Shown here piece by piece: positions 56,709-64,000 of a DNA stretch of 64,000 nt (within the stretch, counting starts at the first letter, position 1; each line of letters begins with the position of its first letter). Source of the DNA: Minisyncoccota bacterium (GTDB taxonomy: Bacteria > Patescibacteriota > Minisyncoccia > UBA6257 > XYB1-36-10); the NCBI GenBank assembly GCA_041651415.1, contig JBAZJH010000002.1:111075-175074 (forward strand), written 5' to 3'. The notes below the pieces were generated by a model that saw nothing but the letters and a program-made list of their open reading frames with translations, ran no database searches and was not told the origin of the DNA. The translations under genes were made by a program, and so were the position numbers.

Positions 56709-57200
56709 ATGACAGAATTCAAGTTCGGGCAGTTTGTGGCAAGCGCAATCAGGGTAGTGGATGTTATACTTTCGGGAAATTATCCGATAGAACAGGTTTT
56801 TGATCTGGTTTCTCATAAAAGGGTAAATTTTTTACCTCCAGATTGGAATGCTGAAAAAGGATATTTCATCGGTCGGGTAGAGGCTGATGAAGAGAGAGGT
56901 GTTCAAAGCGAAGATTCGCAATGCCTTGAAAGAGAAATTAGAATTTGGATAAATAATGGCAATCACAAAGAGAAAAATTTGATTACCATTATTTTCCGGC
57001 AAAGATATCTTGATGGGGACGAATTTGCTGGTTGGACAAAGTGGAAGATCGAGGAATTTCACTACAGAGACTTTTCTTCTGAAGAAAAAGAAGAATCTTG
57101 GAAGAAAATCAGTTTCTTGCGCGAGGGGAGAGTTTTAAGTCATGAAGATTGGATGGAGATGAAAGATTCTCGTTCATGGATTGTTGTTGTCGGTTGTTAG
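56709..57200 (+). CDS. hypothetical protein (163 aa)
   Basis: ORF with promoter and a downstream terminator (gggagttgcgaaattgcagctccc + T-run at 57226-57266). Confidence 0.5.
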   Translation: MTEFKFGQFVASAIRVVDVILSGNYPIEQVFDLVSHKRVNFLPPDWNAEKGYFIGRVEADEERGVQSEDSQCLEREIRIWINNGNHKEKNLITIIFRQRYLDGDEFAGWTKWKIEEFHYRDFSSEEKEESWKKISFLREGRVLSHEDWMEMKDSRSWIVVVGC

Positions 57201-57303
57201 TTTAGTAGAGTAGTCCAAAGTCAAAAAAATAGGGAGTTGCGAAATTGCAGCTCCCTTTTATTTTTTACTTGACTTTGATGTTAGAAAGGACTAACATTGG
57301 AAT

Positions 57304-57879
57304 ATGTTAAAAAAATCTAACAATAAGGGCATAAGTTTGAGGAGTTTTAAAATTATAAAAATTGCGGTGGCGATGATTATAGCCATGGTTGCAAGCAGGT
57401 CGATAATAGTCGGGGGGTTTATTCTGCCGATTATCACGATGGCGGCAGGATTTCTAATCGTTTTTTATTTTAAAAAACAAGTGAAAGAAGTCATGGCAGA
57501 TGAGAGAGATTATGAGGCGGGAGGGGTGGCGGCAAGATGGGCGATTCAGATATTCGGGATAGCGGCGGTTGTCATAATGTTTGTTCTTTACGCTTATCGA
57601 GAGATCAATCCTTTTTATGAAGCGGTGGCGGGAACTTTGGCTTATGCGGTTTGTTTTCTTTTAATTCTTTATTCTTTGATTTTTCATTATTACGAGAAGG
57701 CGAAGTTTTTTAGATGGAAAACTTCTTATATAGTTTTTGCGGCGATTATAGGAATAGTTGTTTTTTTGGCCGGAGCGAGATTGTTTTCAGGAGAGGACGA
57801 TTGGATTTGCAGAGGCGGAGAATGGGTGAAGCACGGCAATCCGAGTTTTGAAGCGCCAAGCGTGCCATGCAAAAAATAA
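57304..57879 (+). CDS. 4-TM membrane protein with Cys-containing C-terminal tail, hypothetical
   Basis: Four hydrophobic helices; its 3' end overlaps the start of the downstream XRE regulator. Confidence 0.5.
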   Translation: MLKKSNNKGISLRSFKIIKIAVAMIIAMVASRSIIVGGFILPIITMAAGFLIVFYFKKQVKEVMADERDYEAGGVAARWAIQIFGIAAVVIMFVLYAYREINPFYEAVAGTLAYAVCFLLILYSLIFHYYEKAKFFRWKTSYIVFAAIIGIVVFLAGARLFSGEDDWICRGGEWVKHGNPSFEAPSVPCKK

Positions 57880-57883
57880 AGAT

Positions 57884-58072
57884 ATGAAAAACAGAATAAA
57901 GGAACTCAGAGTAAAAAGAGGAATGACGCAGGAGGAGTTGGCGGAAATGGCGGGAGTGAGGAGAGAGACGATTGTTTTTTTAGAGCAGGGGAAATATAAT
58001 CCGTCGCTTAATTTGGCGCATAGCGTGGCAAAAATCTTAAAAACCAAAATAGAAGATTTGTTTTTGTTTTAA
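57884..58072 (+). CDS. XRE-family helix-turn-helix transcriptional regulator (62 aa)
   Basis: [52 protein letters not shown] is a canonical Cro/C1-type HTH. Confidence 0.75.
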   Translation: MKNRIKELRVKRGMTQEELAEMAGVRRETIVFLEQGKYNPSLNLAHSVAKILKTKIEDLFLF

Positions 58073-58076
58073 AAAA

Positions 58077-58204
58077 TAAAACTCTACGGCCGTTAGGCCG
58101 TAGAATCTTAAAGTTTCACCCCGCCTACGACGGGGTTTTATTAAATCTTAGCCGTGAAAATTCCTAAGTTGACATACGGGGTTTTCTCGGAGATTTAACA
58201 AAAA
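58077..58204 (+). repeat. copy E of the ~125-bp MITE/REP-like repeat, lying between convergent genes
   Basis: AAACTCTACGGCCGTTAGGCCGTAGAATCTTAAAGTTTCACCCCGCCTACGACGGGGTTTTATTAAATCTTAGCCG...GGAGATTTAACAAAAAA. Confidence 0.7.
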
Positions 58205-58236
58205 AGCCCGAGGGAGTCGGGCTAAGAGAGGGGAGA

Positions 58237-58494
58237 TTAAAGTTTTTCTAGGATGTCTTTTAAAAGGTCTTTGTCGCGAAGAGCGAGTTTTTTTGAAGAT
58301 CCAAGCCATTCTTCCGGAGTTATCTCATTAGTTTCCGGGATTGATTCATCGAAAGAAACTAAAGGATCAGTTTCTATCTTGACTGGCAGGTTAAGAGAGG
58401 AGAATAGATTATTCGGGTCGATACCGTGAATTTCCTCAAAGTGTTCAAAAAAGTCTTCATCTGTATAGGGTTTTCCTTTGTAAACGTCGGGCAT
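58237..58494 (-). CDS. small acidic protein (85 aa), second of a tandem paralog pair
   Basis: RBS AAAGGAGAG; shares the N-terminal pattern MP...P(W/Y)(M/T)DE.F...DP.N with the upstream ORF. Confidence 0.45.
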   Translation of the reverse strand: MPDVYKGKPYTDEDFFEHFEEIHGIDPNNLFSSLNLPVKIETDPLVSFDESIPETNEITPEEWLGSSKKLALRDKDLLKDILEKL

Positions 58495-58495
58495 A

Positions 58496-58696
58496 TTATT
58501 TCTCTCCTTTCTGGAAAGTGTTTGGATTGAGGAGTTCGTCTGTTATTTCGCGAAGCAGAGGCGCATCTCTTGTGATAAGAGTTAGAAAATTTTCTGAAAA
58601 TCTTGGTCCAAGTGGGTAAAGATTGGGATTATTTGAAGGATCAAGGTCTCCAAATTTTTCATCCATCCATGGTTCAGCAGCTAAAATTCCAGGCAT
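58496..58696 (-). CDS. small acidic protein (66 aa), first of a tandem paralog pair
   Basis: RBS AAAGGAGAAC 8 nt upstream of the ATG; its stop abuts the downstream paralog's start. Confidence 0.45.
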   Translation of the reverse strand: MPGILAAEPWMDEKFGDLDPSNNPNLYPLGPRFSENFLTLITRDAPLLREITDELLNPNTFQKGEK

Positions 58697-58911
58697 AGCA
58701 GTTCTCCTTTCTTTTTATTAGATTCAAAAGTGAGAGCTATTTATTTTTTAACTAATCTAGGTTCTGATTTAATAATAAGAGTTTTTTAGAAAAAGAAAAG
58801 AAATGTAATCTTTAGACAAGATTAGAAACTAATCTTGTAAAATAGGAAAGGCAGTTGTTTTTAAGAAGAAGCGTGGTAAAGTAAAGGCAAATTATAATTA
58901 GCTTTTAAAAT

Positions 58912-59682
58912 ATGGAAGAATTACTTTTTTACGGGGAGATTGTTTTAGGGATTATCGTTCTTGCAGTGCTGTTTTTGAGACAAGTAAACCAATATGAAAG
59001 AGGTGTGAAATTCACAATGGGAAGGTTTGTCGGGATAAAAAATTCGGGATGGAGAATTGTTGTGCCGGTATTCCAATCGATGACAAGGGTGGATATGAGA
59101 GTAAAGGCGGTAGATGTGCCGGATCAAAAGGCGATAACTAAAGATAATATATCAGTTGGAGTAAATGCAGTTATTTATTATAAAGTAATGGATGCGGGAA
59201 AGGCGATTATGGAAGTGGAAAATTTCCGCTACGCGGTTTCGCAACTGGCGCAGACAACAATGAGAAACACAGTAGGCGAAGTGGAGCTTGACGAACTCTT
59301 AAGCTCAAGAGAAAAAGTTTCGGAGAGAATCAGGAGCGTGGTAGATGCGGCGAGCGATCCATGGGGAATAAAAGTGGACAATGTGGAATTGAAAGATGTG
59401 TCTTTGCCGGAGAATATGGAAAGAACAATCGCCAAACAAGCGGAAGCGGAAAGAGAAAAGAGAGCGGTGATTATAAAAGCGGAGGGAGAAGTGGCGGCGG
59501 CAGAAAATATGGCAAAGGCGGCGGGCATATTAGCTTCTTCGGAAGGAGCTTTGCATCTAAGAACGCTGCAATCAATAAACGACATAAGTTCGGACCAATC
59601 AAACACGGTGGTGTTTGCGATTCCGCTTGAAGTGCTTCGGGCATTTGAGGGATTAAAAAAGAAGAAGGAAGGAAACGAATAG
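58912..59682 (+). CDS. SPFH/band-7 (stomatin/prohibitin-like) membrane protein
   Basis: N-terminal TM helix, then YERGVKFTMGRF...RVDMRVKAVDVPDQKAITKDNISVGVNAVIYYKV, typical of the SPFH domain. Confidence 0.8.
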   Translation: MEELLFYGEIVLGIIVLAVLFLRQVNQYERGVKFTMGRFVGIKNSGWRIVVPVFQSMTRVDMRVKAVDVPDQKAITKDNISVGVNAVIYYKVMDAGKAIMEVENFRYAVSQLAQTTMRNTVGEVELDELLSSREKVSERIRSVVDAASDPWGIKVDNVELKDVSLPENMERTIAKQAEAEREKRAVIIKAEGEVAAAENMAKAAGILASSEGALHLRTLQSINDISSDQSNTVVFAIPLEVLRAFEGLKKKKEGNE

Positions 59683-59769
59683 AAAATTTTATTAAATAGC
59701 GGAGTAAAAAATCCCGGCTGGAAAATGGCTGGGATTTTTTATTTTTTTATTTGGCGGTAAAATTAAAGA

Positions 59770-60300
59770 ATGGATATGAAAAAAGCTTTGGGAATTTTAT
59801 TAATTTTATTAATTGCGGGAGCCGTTGGGTATTACTTTTTAAATAAAAGCGGGAACTTGAAGGGAGGAGAAACGGGCGAAGTTATAGACCCTCTAAATGC
59901 GGTTTATAAAGCAGAAGGAGGAATTTTTTCTATGGAAAATGGAACAGCAAAAGAAAAAGTCAATTCAATGAGCGGGGAAGCGGCGGAAGTTAAAATTTTT
60001 GGACAGCCAGTTTTCGGAGATTTAAACCAAGATGGAAAGGAAGAGGCGGCGGTTATAATCAGCTATAAAAATAAAAAAGGAGAAGCGTTTTATGCGGCGG
60101 CGGCTGTCAGAGATAAAAACAGCCAAGAAACAAAAGGAACTAATGCTTTGATTTTAGGGGAAGGAGTGGTGCCGAAGAAAATCTTAATAGAAGGAGGGAA
60201 GATATTGGTGAGTTATGAGGTAAAAACGAAAGAACTAACTCCGGTTATAATAGTTGGGAGATTTAGAGTGGAGGAGACGGAGCTAAGGCCGTCTAATTAA
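59770..60300 (+). CDS. hypothetical membrane-anchored/secreted protein (176 aa)
   Basis: N-terminal TM/signal helix. Confidence 0.4.
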   Translation: MDMKKALGILLILLIAGAVGYYFLNKSGNLKGGETGEVIDPLNAVYKAEGGIFSMENGTAKEKVNSMSGEAAEVKIFGQPVFGDLNQDGKEEAAVIISYKNKKGEAFYAAAAVRDKNSQETKGTNALILGEGVVPKKILIEGGKILVSYEVKTKELTPVIIVGRFRVEETELRPSN

Positions 60301-60357
60301 GAAAAAGGGGGAATTCTTGCAAAAAAGCTTCTTTTTAGGGCATACTTTGAAAGAGGG

Positions 60358-60843
60358 GTGTTTTTATATAAAAAGATGACAAAAGTAAAAGTTCCATTTT
60401 TCAAGCAGGATACTGTTTATTCCTGCGGGCCGACGGCATTACAAATGGTCTTTCTTTTCTTTGGAAAGATGAAAAGCGAGGAAGAATTGATAAAAAAGCT
60501 TAAAACAAGGAAAGATGAAGGAACCAGCCATACAAAAATGAAGGAGGGAGCCAGAAAATGCGGTTTTAGAGTTATAACAAGGGAAGGCGCAACGATAACA
60601 ACGATTAAGAGTTTTTTAAAGAAAAACAGGCCGGTGATTGTTAATTACATTGAAACAGAAAATAACGAAGGCCATTATGCAGTAGTGACCGGTATAAACA
60701 AGGGATATATTGTAATGAATGACCCGTGGTATGGAAAAAATTTTAAAATGGAGAAAGGAGAATTTGTGAAAAGATGGAGAAGCGAATATGAAGAAAGCAG
60801 AAAATGGCTGATGGTGATTTCGGAGAAAAGACAGGAGGCTTAG
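60358..60843 (+). CDS. standalone papain-like cysteine peptidase domain (peptidase C39-like)
   Basis: VPFFKQDTVYSCGPTALQMVFLFFG (catalytic Cys context) and EGHYAVVTGINKGYIVMNDPW (His). Confidence 0.55.
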   Translation: MFLYKKMTKVKVPFFKQDTVYSCGPTALQMVFLFFGKMKSEEELIKKLKTRKDEGTSHTKMKEGARKCGFRVITREGATITTIKSFLKKNRPVIVNYIETENNEGHYAVVTGINKGYIVMNDPWYGKNFKMEKGEFVKRWRSEYEESRKWLMVISEKRQEA

Positions 60844-61040
60844 CAAGTTTATATTTTGATAGTAAAAAACAGCCGAAAAATATTTTTAGCGGTTGATTTT
60901 TTTCGGATATCGAGAGGTGTATAATAAGGACAGAATTTTGAGATAAAAAAACCTTGCCAGACAGCGGGGTAAAGTCCGCCTACATTATGGTTATAGTGAG
61001 ACATCCCGACGCAAGAGTCGGAGCAAGAAGGAGAAAGGCG

Positions 61041-61583
61041 ATGAGTGCGGAAAAAGAAAGGAAAAAAAATGAATTTTTTGGAGGGAATGAAAAACTTTTG
61101 GAAGTGAGAAATAGAATAATTATTCCCTCTTCTTTTGATATTAAAGGAAGAGGGATAACTGGGTTATTGGAAAATAATGAAGTAGAGATAAGAAACGGAG
61201 CGGGGGAGATGGATTGGATAAGAGGCGGATATGGAGAGACTTCTGAATCAGGAGTTTTAACAATTAAGATTTTAGATCCTCTTAATGCATCCGATATAAT
61301 AAGAACAGAAAAAAAGGGGAGAGAGTTTTTAATTAAGAGAACTTTAACTCCTTTACAGGTTTCTTTTGTTCTTATTTCTGAGGCGGGCAGATTTTTAGAG
61401 AAGAAAGGCGGTTATAATTATTTGTTCTTTATTTTCAATCCGGATAGAAAAGAAGAGGAAGGAAAACTTTTTGTTTTAGAGATAAGCTGGCTTTCTTCGG
61501 AAAAAAGATGGCAAGGATCTTTGACTGGAGAAAATTTTCCCAATAAAAAAGATCCGGGAAGTTTGATATTTTTGAAAAATTAA
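61041..61583 (+). CDS. hypothetical protein (180 aa; start moved to the Met with RBS)
   Basis: RBS GGAGAAAGG before ATG 61041; upstream region carries a partial copy of the conserved leader (AAGTCCGCCTACATTATGGTTATAGTGAGAC). Confidence 0.4.
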   Translation: MSAEKERKKNEFFGGNEKLLEVRNRIIIPSSFDIKGRGITGLLENNEVEIRNGAGEMDWIRGGYGETSESGVLTIKILDPLNASDIIRTEKKGREFLIKRTLTPLQVSFVLISEAGRFLEKKGGYNYLFFIFNPDRKEEEGKLFVLEISWLSSEKRWQGSLTGENFPNKKDPGSLIFLKN

Positions 61584-61746
61584 GGGCAGGAACTGTTTTG
61601 TTCCTCCGATACAGAAAGCGTGCCGGAGGATTTTTTTTCCAATAATTTTTTATGTAGTTTGACTTTTTAAAAAATAATGTTATATTTAAGAAAAAGAAAT
61701 ATCGGCAAAAGAATGGAATTTTAACCTTATTTTTTTGTATTTATAA

Positions 61747-62316
61747 ATGGAATTGGAAAACAAAACAGAAAAAAGCGATGAACAACTTATTTCCCTGATA
61801 AAAGAAGGGGGGGTTGAACATTTTCGAGAAATCATGGAAAGATACGAAAAAAAGATATTTTTTTACGTGCGGAGATTTTTAAATAATCAAGACGATGCAA
61901 GAGATTTGACGCAGGATGTTTTTATAAAAGTTTATAAGAATATCCAAAGTTTTGATTCGGAAAAAAGATTTTCCCCGTGGATTTACAGAATTGCCCATAA
62001 CGAGGCGATAAACACCATAAAGAAAAAAATAAAAGAGCCGCTGAATTTTTTCGACCCGGAGGTTTTGTTTCCGCATCCGATGGCCGCTGAAGACCCGCAA
62101 AATGACGCGGAAAGAAGCGAGATAAAAAAAGCGCTCGGAGAATGTTTGGAGGATGTCGATGAAAAATACAAGGAAGTTTTGGTTTTAAGATATTTTGAAG
62201 ATATGGATTATAAAGACATTGCGGAAATTTTGAAAATTCCGGTTGTGACGGTTGGGGTAAGACTAAACCGGGGAAAAGACAAATTAAGGGAAATTTACGA
62301 AAAAAAATTCAAATAA
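61747..62316 (+). CDS. ECF-type RNA polymerase sigma-70 factor
   Basis: Region 2 (DLTQDVFIKVYKNIQSFDSEKRFSPWIYRIAHNEAIN) and region 4 (KEVLVLRYFEDMDYKDIAEILKIPVVTVGVRLNRGKDKL). Confidence 0.8.
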   Translation: MELENKTEKSDEQLISLIKEGGVEHFREIMERYEKKIFFYVRRFLNNQDDARDLTQDVFIKVYKNIQSFDSEKRFSPWIYRIAHNEAINTIKKKIKEPLNFFDPEVLFPHPMAAEDPQNDAERSEIKKALGECLEDVDEKYKEVLVLRYFEDMDYKDIAEILKIPVVTVGVRLNRGKDKLREIYEKKFK

Positions 62317-62319
62317 AAA

Positions 62320-63021
62320 ATGGAAAACGAAAAACAAAATAAAATTGCGGACGAGATTCTCGGCAAAATAAAAAGAGGGGAAGTGAAGATGTTGCCGAAA
62401 TCTTACTTTTTAATGAAGTCGATTCTTTACGCGGCGGTTTCGGTTTTTGCGATTGTTTTCGCGACATTTTTTGCGGCCTTAGTTTTTTATATTCTAAAAA
62501 TAAACGGATTTTTGAGTTTGCCGCAATTCGGTTTGAAGGGGCTGCGCGATTTTGTTTTGTCTTTGCCGGTTTTCCTTTTAGCGACAGCGATTTTATTCAT
62601 AGTGGCGGCGACAATGTTTTTATCAGAATATCCGGCAACTTACAGAAGGCCGCTCATATACTCCGTTGGAAGTTTACTCATTATCTTAAGCTTGGGACTT
62701 TTATTCATAACAAAAGCAGTTTCTTTTAGAAGGGTAGTTTATAACGAAATAGAAAGCGGGGAGGTGCCGGTTATTTCTTCTTTTTACGATTATATAAAGG
62801 AGACGAATCCGAGGAATGTTTTAAAAGGAAGAGTGGAAAATGTTTATAGCAACAGCTTTTTGATGGACGTGGGAGACGGGGAAGAAGTGAGGGTGGTTTA
62901 CGGGCCGCAAACTTCGGTTTATTCGGAGGGAGGGATAAGAAGCGGGGATTATGTGATAGTGCATGGAAGAAGAAACGGAAATTCAATAGGGGCTTTTGTA
63001 GTGGAGAGGGTGGAGGAATAA
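62320..63021 (+). CDS. putative membrane anti-sigma factor / DUF protein cotranscribed with the ECF sigma
   Basis: Starts 4 nt after the sigma stop; 3-4 TM helices; C-terminal beta-rich domain. Confidence 0.4.
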   Translation: MENEKQNKIADEILGKIKRGEVKMLPKSYFLMKSILYAAVSVFAIVFATFFAALVFYILKINGFLSLPQFGLKGLRDFVLSLPVFLLATAILFIVAATMFLSEYPATYRRPLIYSVGSLLIILSLGLLFITKAVSFRRVVYNEIESGEVPVISSFYDYIKETNPRNVLKGRVENVYSNSFLMDVGDGEEVRVVYGPQTSVYSEGGIRSGDYVIVHGRRNGNSIGAFVVERVEE

Positions 63022-63319
63022 AAAGATTTTTGTTTAATTTTAGAGAATAATTGTAGGGATAAAAAAATCAGAATATGATTTTAAGAGAGCGCTCCAAGGC
63101 CGCTAGGCCGGTCTTACTCTCCTAAAATCATATTCTGATTTTTCTTTAAAATTATTTTGAAAGAGGGGGAAGAGGTGATAATAAGGAAGCTCCGACACAA
63201 GGTTGAAGTTTTTATTTTATTTGAAAAGAAAAGAAGCAGAGAGTAAGATTAAAAAATAATAAATTTTAATGTAATCCTTCGATAAACTCAGGAAATAATA
63301 TCAAGACTGATAAAAAAAT

Positions 63320-64000
63320 ATGAAATTCAGCTATTTGGATAAAAAGGACAAGAAGCTTTCAGAGCTTATAAAGAAAGAGATAAAGCGGCAGGAGGAGACG
63401 CTTGATTTGATCGCTTCGGAAAATTTAGCGCCGAGAGGAGCGCTTGAGGCGCTGGGGTCGCCCTTAGTCAATAAATATTCAGAAGGATATCCGGGAGCGA
63501 GATATTATCCGGGAAACAAGTTTTATGACAAAATAGAAATTTTAGCGCAAGAAAGAGCGCTTAAAGCTTTTCAATTGAAACCGGAAGAGTGGGGAGTGAA
63601 TGCGCAGCCGTATTCCGGGTCGCCGGCAAATTTGGCGGTTTATATGGCTTTAATTCAGCCGGGAGATTTGATTATGGGAATGAATCTATCTTCAGGGGGG
63701 CATTTGACGCATGGGCACAAGGCGTCGGCGACGGGAAAAATTTTTAAATCAATCCAATACGGAGTGGGAGAAGACGGTAGAATAAATTATGACGAGGTTT
63801 TGAAATTAGTAATGGAGCATAAACCAAAAATAATAATAACGGGAGCGACGGCTTATTCGAGAGAAATAGATTTCAAAAAATTCGGAGAGATTGCCAAAAA
63901 AGCGGGAGCTTATCACGTGGCAGATATTTCGCATATTGCGGGACTTGTGGCAGCGGGAGTCCATATGTCGCCCTTTCCATATGCGGACGCGGTGACGATG
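63320..64000 (+). CDS. glyA: serine hydroxymethyltransferase (5' portion; continues past the window end)
   Basis: LIASENLAPRGALEALGSPLVNKYSEGYPGARYYPGNKF...SGSPANLAVYMAL... canonical SHMT. Confidence 0.9.
   Translation, partial: MKFSYLDKKDKKLSELIKKEIKRQEETLDLIASENLAPRGALEALGSPLVNKYSEGYPGARYYPGNKFYDKIEILAQERALKAFQLKPEEWGVNAQPYSGSPANLAVYMALIQPGDLIMGMNLSSGGHLTHGHKASATGKIFKSIQYGVGEDGRINYDEVLKLVMEHKPKIIITGATAYSREIDFKKFGEIAKKAGAYHVADISHIAGLVAAGVHMSPFPYADAVTM

Overview
This 64 kb window is the origin-proximal region of a low-GC, small-genome bacterium. The gene content and style (Lys/Glu-rich proteins, PilB ATPase, H+-pyrophosphatase, lamin-tail-domain protein, PPIase-less trigger factor, no clpX) resemble Candidate Phyla Radiation / Patescibacteria lineages. 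The core synteny is jag-yidC-rnpA-rpmH on the minus strand followed by dnaA-dnaN on the plus strand. Other housekeeping genes called include nusA, hppA, tig, clpP, class-A PBP, ruvC-yebC, pilB/gspE, ruvB, tsaE, polA, a sensor kinase, RNase J, ileS, smpB with tmRNA, infC-rpmI-rplT, a NUDIX hydrolase, a ClpB-like ATPase, UDG, rpsT, holA-like, secG, gpmI, RNase Y, HU, two ECF sigma/anti-sigma pairs, an SPFH protein, and the 5' part of glyA. Seven tRNA genes are present. Features the ORF track does not explain: (1) a tight array of eight consensus parS centromere sites at 1.5-2.0 kb; (2) a tRNA-Phe(GAA) gene interrupted by a 262-nt group I intron; (3) an isoleucyl-tRNA synthetase with a ~170-aa histidine-phosphatase (PGAM-like) domain inserted in its zinc-knuckle loop; (4) five copies of a ~125-bp structured MITE/REP-like intergenic element; (5) families of conserved terminator-like hairpins with invariant loops; (6) a conserved promoter plus ~90-nt leader shared by four small genes of unknown function, two of them paralogous; (7) a compositionally atypical three-gene operon (PfkB kinase / Cys-rich unknown / nucleotidyltransferase) that may be horizontally acquired; (8) a duplicated tRNA-Pro 3' fragment and other small oddities. 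rpmH was recovered by hand from a frame the ORF track missed.
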